A stretch of DNA of 64,000 bases. Origin: Planctomycetota bacterium. GTDB lineage: Bacteria > Planctomycetota > PLA2 > JAEUHO01. The notes beneath the pieces were generated by a model. The model saw only the letters and a list, made by a program, of their open reading frames with translations, ran no database searches and had not been told where the DNA came from. Where the stretch lies: positions 1 to 64,000 of the forward strand of contig JBFWRP010000026.1 of NCBI GenBank assembly GCA_050248855.1. Reading direction: 5' to 3'. Shown piece after piece: positions 57,112 to 64,000 of the stretch. The position numbers and the translations under genes are program-made. Position 1 is the first letter of the stretch. The number at the start of each line of letters is the position of its first letter.

Positions 57112-57127
57112 AGCACGGCGCGTGCCC
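57112..57127 (-). promoter_or_regulatory. putative sigma-54 (-24/-12) promoter of the PilZ gene
   Basis: Minus strand reads GGGCACG-CGCC-GTGCT: GG-N10-GC close to TGGCACG-N4-TTGCW. Confidence 0.6.
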
Positions 57128-57230
57128 GGGGGGTCGAGCCCGTCAGGCAGGCGTCAGGGGCAGCCGGGCGTCCATCCAGGTGGACATGCGCGGCGCGCCC
57201 GTCCGCCCGCCGCGACGCCCAGCGGCCGGC

Positions 57231-58364
57231 TCACGCCACGTCGAGCGCGCGCCGCAAGGCGTCGAGCACGCGCTGCTGCTCGCCGTCGGTCAGGCCCGGG
57301 AAGCAGGGCAACGCCAGCACCTCGCCCGCCAAGCGCTCGGCAACCGGCAAGGCACGCCGGTTCCACGGCCCGAGCGCCGGCTGGCGATGCAGCGGGAGCG
57401 GGTAGTACACGCCGCTCGACACGCCGGCCTCGGCGAGGCGGGCGCGGACCGCATCGCGCGCCGCCACGCGCACGACGAAGAGGTGCCAAGCGCTCTCGGC
57501 GCGGGGGTCGACGCGCTGGGGAGTCGCGGCCGAGCCGGCGAGCGCCTCGATGTAGCGCTGCGCCTGGAGCCGGCGATCCGCGGTCCAGGACGAGAGGTGC
57601 GCCAAGCGCGCCAGGAGCACCGCCGCCTGCATCTCGTCCATGCGGGCGTTCGTCCCGGGCTCGAGGTGCTCGTAGGCCACGGCGCCGGCGCCATGCTCGC
57701 GCAGGCGCGCGACGCGGTCGGCCAGGGCGACGTCCGGCGTGCTGACCAGGCCGGCATCCCCGGCGGCGGCGAGGTTCTTCGACGGGTAGAAGCTGAACGC
57801 GGCGGCGTCCCCCAGCGAGCCCACGGGCGCGCCCTGCCACGTGGCATCGATCGCCTGGGCCGCGTCCTCCAGCACGAGCGCGTCGGACGCGCCGGCGGCA
57901 TCCAGGGCCGCGCGGAGCGGAGCCAGGTCGACCGGCGCACCGAACAGGTGGACCGGGACGACGGCCGCCGTCCGCGCGCTGGCCACCTCGGCCACGGACG
58001 CGGGATCCAGCAGGAAGCTCTCCGCATCGACGTCCGCGAACACGGGCGTGCCCCCGGCCTCCAGGACGGCGCCGGCCGTGGCGATGAAGCTGAACGCCGG
58101 CACGACGACTTCACGCGCATCCGGGGCGCGATCGCGGAGCCAGGCGCCGAGGACCAGGGAGAGCGCCTGCGTGCCCGAGCCGACCGCCACGGCGCGCGCC
58201 GTGGCGAGCCGCAGCGCCATGCGCCGCTCGAGCTCGGCCACCCGCGGGCCGCGGACGAACGTGTTGGACCTGAGTACCGCGAGGACGTCGCGCTCGGCGT
58301 CCGGGCCCCATGCACCGTACGTCCGCTGCGGGTCCATCAGCGGTACGGGGCCCGGGGCCGACAT
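57231..58364 (-). CDS. DegT/DnrJ/EryC1/StrS family aminotransferase
   Basis: SGTQAL, VPAFSFIAT, PVHLFG, EDAAQA, FSFYPSKNL. Confidence 0.95.
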   Translation of the reverse strand: MSAPGPVPLMDPQRTYGAWGPDAERDVLAVLRSNTFVRGPRVAELERRMALRLATARAVAVGSGTQALSLVLGAWLRDRAPDAREVVVPAFSFIATAGAVLEAGGTPVFADVDAESFLLDPASVAEVASARTAAVVPVHLFGAPVDLAPLRAALDAAGASDALVLEDAAQAIDATWQGAPVGSLGDAAAFSFYPSKNLAAAGDAGLVSTPDVALADRVARLREHGAGAVAYEHLEPGTNARMDEMQAAVLLARLAHLSSWTADRRLQAQRYIEALAGSAATPQRVDPRAESAWHLFVVRVAARDAVRARLAEAGVSSGVYYPLPLHRQPALGPWNRRALPVAERLAGEVLALPCFPGLTDGEQQRVLDALRRALDVA

Positions 58365-58580
58365 GGCCCCCGCGCGGGCGGCCGGGGACGACGGACGGGG
58401 GGCGGGGGGCGGACCGTGCACGGCACGGGATTCTGCCCCCGGGCGCCCATGGTCCCGAAGGCTGTCCAGGGTCGGCTCGAAGGACCCACCTCCTGCGGCC
58501 ACGGCCCCGGGCCTCCCCCTCCGCGCGTCCGGGCTCGCGAACTCGGACGTCGAAGGGCGCGGCGCGCGTACAGTACGGCG

Positions 58581-60302
58581 ATGCCGTCTTCGAGCGAGTA
58601 CTCGTCGGACGACGGCGCGGTTCCGCCGCAACAGCGCAATCGCCCCTCGGACGCGTCCGGCGCCCCGGTGGCCGAGGGGCCTGGCTCCCTACCGGTCGCC
58701 GTGGAGCGGACCGGTCTCGTGCCGCGCGCGCTTGTGGACGACCGTGCCGCGTTCGTTGTCCGACACCTGCAGCAGAGTGGTCACGAGGCCTACCTCGTGG
58801 GCGGGTGCGTCCGTGACCTGCTCGCAGGTCTCGAACCCAAGGACTTCGACGTCGCCACCGACGCTTGGCCGAACCGCATCAAGCGGTTGTTCCGCAGCGC
58901 CCGCGTGATCGGCCGGCGCTTCCGTCTCGTGCACATCCGCTTCCCCGGCGACCATGTGATCGAGACGTCCACCTTCCGGGCTGATCCCGCGGGGCGCGAC
59001 CGCGACGAAGACGACGAGGAGGTGGCGGGCACCGACGTCGTGGACGGGCGCCGCCGCTCGTGGCGCGACTCGGAAGAGAACGTGTTCGGCACGGCCCCGG
59101 AGGACGCGCGCCGACGCGACTTCACGATCAATGCCCTGTACTACGACCCCGTCGGCGATCGCGTGATCGACCATGTCGGCGGCCTGGCCGACATGGAGGC
59201 GGGGCTGATCCGCTCCATCGGGGACCCGTCCGAGCGCATCGCCGAGGACCCGGTCCGCATGCTGCGCGCGGTGCACTTCGCCGAGCGCATGGGGTTCCGG
59301 ATCGAGGACTCGCTCGAAGCGGCCATCGCCTCCGAGGCGCAACGCCTCGTGGAAGCCAGTCACGCGCGGCTCTACGTGGAGCTGGTCAAGCTGCTCGCTC
59401 GCGGTCGGGCCCGCCCGACCTTCCAGCGCCTGCAGCGCCTCGGCCTCCTGCAGGTGTGGCTGCCCGAGCTTGCAACCGCGCTGGACGTCGAGGCGACGTG
59501 GCCCAGCACGAGCGGAGGCACGCACGAGGAGGCCTCACGCGGTGAGCCCGAGCACTTGCCCGTGGGCCACGCCACGTGGAACCTGCTCGGCGCGGCGGAC
59601 TCCTTCGGCCTGGCCGCCCACGGCGCGCCCGAGTCCCTGGCCCTCGCCGTGCTCTTCGGCTCGTGGCTGCTCTCCGCGTGGCGCCAGACCACCGGCGTAC
59701 GCGACCATGCCCAGTTCACGGAGCACGTCGACGAGCTGTTCGGTCCCATCCAGCGGCGCATGAGCATTCCCCGCTGGGCGGCCAGCGAGATGCGCGATGC
59801 GATCTGGCTGCTCGAGGACCTGCGCCACCCCCCCACCAAGCCGCGCCGTCTGCGCACGCTGCTCGGCCGGCGCGCGTTCCCCGTGGCGCTCGAGCTGTTC
59901 CGCCTCGACCTGATGGCCCGTGACGCGGACCTGGCCGCCCACGCCGCGTGGGTGGAGCACGCGAACGCGGCCCACGTCGACCTCTCGCGAGCCTCGGCCT
60001 CCGAGGCTCGCGCGGCGGCGCGGGACGACCGCGATGGCGGGCGCTCGCGCGGCGGACGCGGGGGTCGCCGCGGCGGCCGGGGGCGCGGGCGCCGGCAGCA
60101 GGATGCGCCGGCCAGCGCGCGGGACGGCGGTCGCGCGTCCGATGGCGGCCGTCGCGACGCGGACGGCTCGGGCGCACGCCGTGGGCGCAAGCGCGGCGGG
60201 CGCGGGCGACGCCGAGGCGGGGCGAAGCCGGGCTGGGCGCCCGAGGCCGACGCCTTCACGCCGCCGCCGCGCCGCGGGGACGCGAGCCGACCGGACGCGT
60301 AG
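58581..60302 (+). CDS. pcnB: poly(A) polymerase I with an Arg/Gly-rich C-terminal tail
   Basis: LVGGCVRDLL, KDFDVAT, PAP signature VIGRRFRLVHI, RRDFTINAL, EDPVRMLRA. Confidence 0.93.
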   Translation: MPSSSEYSSDDGAVPPQQRNRPSDASGAPVAEGPGSLPVAVERTGLVPRALVDDRAAFVVRHLQQSGHEAYLVGGCVRDLLAGLEPKDFDVATDAWPNRIKRLFRSARVIGRRFRLVHIRFPGDHVIETSTFRADPAGRDRDEDDEEVAGTDVVDGRRRSWRDSEENVFGTAPEDARRRDFTINALYYDPVGDRVIDHVGGLADMEAGLIRSIGDPSERIAEDPVRMLRAVHFAERMGFRIEDSLEAAIASEAQRLVEASHARLYVELVKLLARGRARPTFQRLQRLGLLQVWLPELATALDVEATWPSTSGGTHEEASRGEPEHLPVGHATWNLLGAADSFGLAAHGAPESLALAVLFGSWLLSAWRQTTGVRDHAQFTEHVDELFGPIQRRMSIPRWAASEMRDAIWLLEDLRHPPTKPRRLRTLLGRRAFPVALELFRLDLMARDADLAAHAAWVEHANAAHVDLSRASASEARAAARDDRDGGRSRGGRGGRRGGRGRGRRQQDAPASARDGGRASDGGRRDADGSGARRGRKRGGRGRRRGGAKPGWAPEADAFTPPPRRGDASRPDA

Positions 60303-60380
60303 CGCGGACGCGCTGCCGCACTGCCGATTTGCTCGACGCGGGCGGTGCCCGCAAGGCACCATGAAGACCCGGGAGGCCCC

Positions 60381-60629
60381 ATGAGCGACCACGACGCCAA
60401 GAACGACCCTGGCTACGAACCGACGGGCTCCGACCAGGGCGCGCGCTCGATGCTGGCGGTGCTCATCGTGGCCAGCCTCGTCCTTGGTGCCGCGTGGGGC
60501 CTGCAGCTTTACGGCTCCCTCGAGGACGTCCGCTCGTGGAACGCGGTGGGCCTCGTGATGATCACGCTCATCTTCGTCTACGGCCTCGTCGTCGGCGCGA
60601 AGGCCTGGCTGTCGGGGAAGACGGAGTAG
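60381..60629 (+). CDS. small two-TM membrane protein
   Basis: GGAGG SD; two hydrophobic segments. Confidence 0.7.
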   Translation: MSDHDAKNDPGYEPTGSDQGARSMLAVLIVASLVLGAAWGLQLYGSLEDVRSWNAVGLVMITLIFVYGLVVGAKAWLSGKTE

Positions 60630-60714
60630 GCGCAACGCTCCCGGAGCGGCTTCGGCCGGCAGGGGGTGGTTCGCTCGGCAGGACGGTCGGTCGTGGACCG
60701 AACGGGGCCGTCGG

Positions 60715-63522
60715 CTACTTGACCACCCAGAGGCGGACGATGCCCGCGCGCGACCTGGGGACGGAGCCGGCGGGGAACTGCGCGGCGATCCGGCGCGTGC
60801 CCGCGTAGGGGTGCCCGGGGACCTGGAGCTCGACGACTTCGGTGCGCGCGCCGGCGGTATCCAGCAGACGGCGTCCTTTGTCGAGCATCCCACCCAGCGT
60901 GTGCGCAAGATGCACCGACGCCGAGGACGGATCCGGTGCCACGGCGACCTGCAGGCGGACGAGGTCGCCCGCCTTGGCCGCGGCCCCCGGCTCCGGACGC
61001 TGCGCCAGGACGCGGCCCGTCGGGCCGTCGGCAACGCGCGGGTCGATGACCACCACGAAGCCGGCGCGCAGCAGGTCTTCGATCGCGGCGACCGCCTCGT
61101 GGCCGATCACGCCAGGCGTCTCGAGCGCCGCGGCCTGGTCCGGGTCGGGCATGTTCACGTTCGGCGCCGGCTCGACGCCGCGCGGTGTGGGCGGCGGCAT
61201 CCGGAACCCCGTGCCCGGCTCGACGCCGGGCGGCGGGCGCAGGCGCGACGTCTCGTCCGGGGCCCCCTCGAGCTCGGGCGTGGTGCCGGGCAAGGGTGCG
61301 GGGTCGCCGGAGCGCGCGGCGATGCGCGGCCCGCCGAGCGTGCTGGCCACGACGATCTCCACCCACGAGTAGCGCGGAGCGCGCGTCCCCGCAGCGGGCG
61401 CTTGGTCGGTGACCTTGCCGAGCTCCGTGGCCGTACCGCCGCCGTGACGCACGCGCACGCGGAAGCTCTCGTTGCCCAGGATGGTGCTGGCCTCTGCGCG
61501 CGTGCGGCCGATCACGTCCGGCACGAGCACGCCGGCCTCGAGCGACGGACGCGCCACGACGAGGCGGACGGTGCTGCCGGGCGCCACCTGCGCGCCCGCG
61601 GGCGGCTGCTGGCTGATCACCTGCCCCTCGGGCAGGTCGGACGTGACCTCGAGCTCGATCTGGTAGTAGAGGCCCGCGCCGCGCACCGCCGACTCGGCCG
61701 CGTCGCGCGTGCGTGCCACCACGTCGGGGACGCTCACGGTGCCCCTGCCGGCGGGCGGCTCGACGGGGCGGGTGGGTGCGGGCGTCGGTGCGGGCGCCTT
61801 CGTGGAACGCGCCACGACGAGCACGACCTTCGCTCCCTCGGCAAGCTTGGTGCCCGCGGCCGGCTCCTGGCTGATGACTTGGCCCGCGGGCAGCTCATCG
61901 GTGACCTCGTCCTGGATGACCGCGCCGAGGCCGGCGCGACGCAGCAGCGCCTCGGCGGCCTCCCGCGTGCTGGCCACGACGTCGGGCACTTCGCGATCGG
62001 CCACCGGAGCGGGCGGCTGCGGCGTGGGCTCCGTGGGTGTCGGCGGGGTGGGCTCGGTCGGGGTCGGTTCCGAAGGCGTCGGCTCGCTCGGGGTCGGCTC
62101 GCTCGGCGCAGGTGGCGTGTCGCCGCTCGGCGGCTTCTCGCGGACGCGCGCCACCGTGAGGTAGACCTGCGAAGCGGGTGCGACCTGCACGCCCTTGGCC
62201 GGCACCTGACGCAGCACGGTGTTCTTGACGCCCGGGTTGTCACGCGTCTCGAAGTCCACGATGGCGAACAGGCCCAGGGCCTCCAAGCGCCGCTCGGCCT
62301 CGTCGATCGTGAGCGTGGTCACGTCGGGGATCGTGACCTTGTCGTCGTCGCCGGGTGAGGGCAGGCCCGCGGCCGGCGCGGGAGCCGTGCCCATGCGGCC
62401 GTCGCCGTCGCCTTCGCCCGGTGCCGGCAACGTGCCGTGGCCGGTCGTGTGCCGCGGTGCGGGAAGCGGGGGCAGCTCCGACGTGGGCTCGCCCATGGTG
62501 CCTGGCTCGACACGCTCCGGCTCCCCGCCCTCCGGTTCAACGCTCCCGGGTCCGACGCCTTCCGGCTCAACGCTCTCCGGTTCGGTGCTCTCCGGCCCGG
62601 GCATCGCGGGCTCGGGGACCGCGGGCTCCGGCACGACGTCCGTCTCCGGCTCGGCGTCGGCCAGCAGCGGGTTGGCGTCGATCACGCGTCCGACGAACAC
62701 TTCGACGACCGTGCCACGCGCCACGTGCTGACCCGCGGTGGGCGCTTGACGCCGCACGCGACCGGCGGCGCGCTCGTCGTCGACGATCTCGTACTGCTCG
62801 AGCACCTGGAGGTCGGCGGCCTCCAGCACGTCGAGGGCGTCATCGCCGACCTTGCCCAGCAGGTCGGGCACCACGACGAGGTCGCCCCGGGCCACGCCGA
62901 CAACGAGCGTGACATGCTTGCCCGCCCCCATCGCTTCACCCGCTGTGGGACTGGTGCGCAGCACGCGCCCGACCAAGTCACCGCGATCGACCTCCTCTTC
63001 CACGATGCGCACGAGGACGTCGTCGGCTGCGAGGTCCGTCAGCGCCTTGGTGTGCTCGAGACCCACGAGGTTGGGGACGCGCTGGCTGCTGCCGAAGAGG
63101 CGCGGGCCGAGCACCAGGCCCAGGCCGCCGAGCGCGGCGATCACGACGGCCGCCACGAGCATCTTGCCCGCGGGCCTGGCGCCACGCACGACCGGCGCCG
63201 TCGCCTCGAGCTGGATCTCCCGCGCCAGGGTGGCGCCTGCCTCCGGACCGTCGATGGCGCGCACGCGCACGCGGGGCCGGGCCTCGCCATCCGCCGTGAC
63301 CCGCACGGGCACGTGCAGGCGCTCCACGCCGCCCGGCACCTCGTACCAACCGCCGGGGCCACGGCCCTCGAGGTCCAGGACCTCCAGGGGCTGGTCGGCC
63401 TCGATCTCGACCGTGCGGGCCACGTCAGCGCGGTCGAACGCGAGCTCCAGGACGAAGTAGGCATCCTTCGCCCCGACCACGCTCTGCGGCAGGCTGATGT
63501 GCATGATTCGGCCCCCGGTCAC
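60715..63522 (-). CDS. membrane-anchored multi-PASTA-domain protein without a kinase domain
   Basis: One TM, then about 7-8 VP(N/D)xxG...G.V..Q.P.AG units separated by Pro/Glu-rich linkers (PSEPT repeats). Confidence 0.9.
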   Translation of the reverse strand: MTGGRIMHISLPQSVVGAKDAYFVLELAFDRADVARTVEIEADQPLEVLDLEGRGPGGWYEVPGGVERLHVPVRVTADGEARPRVRVRAIDGPEAGATLAREIQLEATAPVVRGARPAGKMLVAAVVIAALGGLGLVLGPRLFGSSQRVPNLVGLEHTKALTDLAADDVLVRIVEEEVDRGDLVGRVLRTSPTAGEAMGAGKHVTLVVGVARGDLVVVPDLLGKVGDDALDVLEAADLQVLEQYEIVDDERAAGRVRRQAPTAGQHVARGTVVEVFVGRVIDANPLLADAEPETDVVPEPAVPEPAMPGPESTEPESVEPEGVGPGSVEPEGGEPERVEPGTMGEPTSELPPLPAPRHTTGHGTLPAPGEGDGDGRMGTAPAPAAGLPSPGDDDKVTIPDVTTLTIDEAERRLEALGLFAIVDFETRDNPGVKNTVLRQVPAKGVQVAPASQVYLTVARVREKPPSGDTPPAPSEPTPSEPTPSEPTPTEPTPPTPTEPTPQPPAPVADREVPDVVASTREAAEALLRRAGLGAVIQDEVTDELPAGQVISQEPAAGTKLAEGAKVVLVVARSTKAPAPTPAPTRPVEPPAGRGTVSVPDVVARTRDAAESAVRGAGLYYQIELEVTSDLPEGQVISQQPPAGAQVAPGSTVRLVVARPSLEAGVLVPDVIGRTRAEASTILGNESFRVRVRHGGGTATELGKVTDQAPAAGTRAPRYSWVEIVVASTLGGPRIAARSGDPAPLPGTTPELEGAPDETSRLRPPPGVEPGTGFRMPPPTPRGVEPAPNVNMPDPDQAAALETPGVIGHEAVAAIEDLLRAGFVVVIDPRVADGPTGRVLAQRPEPGAAAKAGDLVRLQVAVAPDPSSASVHLAHTLGGMLDKGRRLLDTAGARTEVVELQVPGHPYAGTRRIAAQFPAGSVPRSRAGIVRLWVVK

Positions 63523-63616
63523 GGCTCCGGCGCGCCCCCGCGCCCCGGTCTGGGTCGGATCCTACCGCAAGGGCTTGCGTCCCCCCCGGACGGGCCCGCC
63601 TTGCGCGGCCCCCTGC

Positions 63617-64000
63617 CTATCGGCCGAGAAGCTCGCTCCACGCGCGCCCCTCGGCCTCCGGGTCCGGCTCCAGGCCCAGCCAAGCGCCGATCGTGGCCGC
63701 CACGTCTTCCAGCCGTCGAGGTGGCTTGACGCTGCGCCGGACCAAGCCGGGCCCACGGACCAAGGCGACCGCCCCGAGGTCTTCGCGCGGACCCGTGGGC
63801 TCCAGCAGGCGCCCGTCCTCCTCCGGCTTCTCGCGACGGGCGCGATCGGTGACGAGCGCCACCGCGGTCGTCGCCGCCAGCTCGGGATCCGCGTCGATCG
63901 CCGCGAGGAGATCGGCCACGCCGCGATCGATGGCCGTGAGCACCCGCTCCTGCCGCGAGGCGGAGACCGAACCGACCTCGGCATCGGCCAGACGCACGAC
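63617..64000 (-). CDS. C-terminal fragment of an alkaline-phosphatase-superfamily-like protein (runs off the window)
   Basis: ID..VADLL...TAVALVTD...RGPGL...EDVAATI..WLG...GR pattern. Confidence 0.55.
   Translation of the reverse strand, partial: VVRLADAEVGSVSASRQERVLTAIDRGVADLLAAIDADPELAATTAVALVTDRARREKPEEDGRLLEPTGPREDLGAVALVRGPGLVRRSVKPPRRLEDVAATIGAWLGLEPDPEAEGRAWSELLGR

Noticed and set aside
1..64000. Genome-wide UGA reassignment (Trp or Gly)
   Set aside because: Many genes clearly end in TGA, including ATGA/GTGA coupled overlaps (26959, 29197, 38144, 43181), and TGG is used for Trp.
1..64000. Sec machinery (selA, selB, selC, selD), tRNA, rRNA, transposase or integrase genes
   Set aside because: None recognised in this window; the Sec calls depend on these genes being elsewhere in the genome.

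Overview
GC-rich bacterial chromosomal window with about 55 supportable CDS. The gene content (membrane-anchored ECF sigma factors, many carboxypeptidase-regulatory-like proteins) suggests a Planctomycetota-like organism; this is inference. No rRNA, tRNA, CRISPR or transposase was seen. Main result: two genes that the ORF track splits at an in-frame TGA look like selenoproteins. (1) A 2-Cys peroxiredoxin at 24851-25489 has TGA exactly at the peroxidatic Cys codon and sits directly upstream of a colinear Cys-encoding paralog (25690-26313). (2) An ArsC/Spx-family thioredoxin-fold protein at 37785-38147 has a UxxC motif. Each TGA is followed by a SECIS-like hairpin whose G-led loop starts 21-22 nt downstream. 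Both lie in a wider redox/metal region: an ECF sigma with a fused Cys-rich tail, a YeeE/YedE pair behind an ECF-type promoter, flavodoxin, a putative Mn transporter and Mn-SOD. Other notable items: a ~584-bp direct repeat flanking ~5.4 kb of cargo, each copy holding three palindromes spaced exactly 33 bp apart; a candidate structured RNA before fldA; a bVLRF1-type release-factor homolog; an AmgK-RapZ-C fusion with MurU; a sigma54/c-di-GMP signalling cluster; REP-like repeats; and recurrent TANNNT-N6-8-start leaderless architecture. All product calls come from motif recognition by eye; no database search was run.
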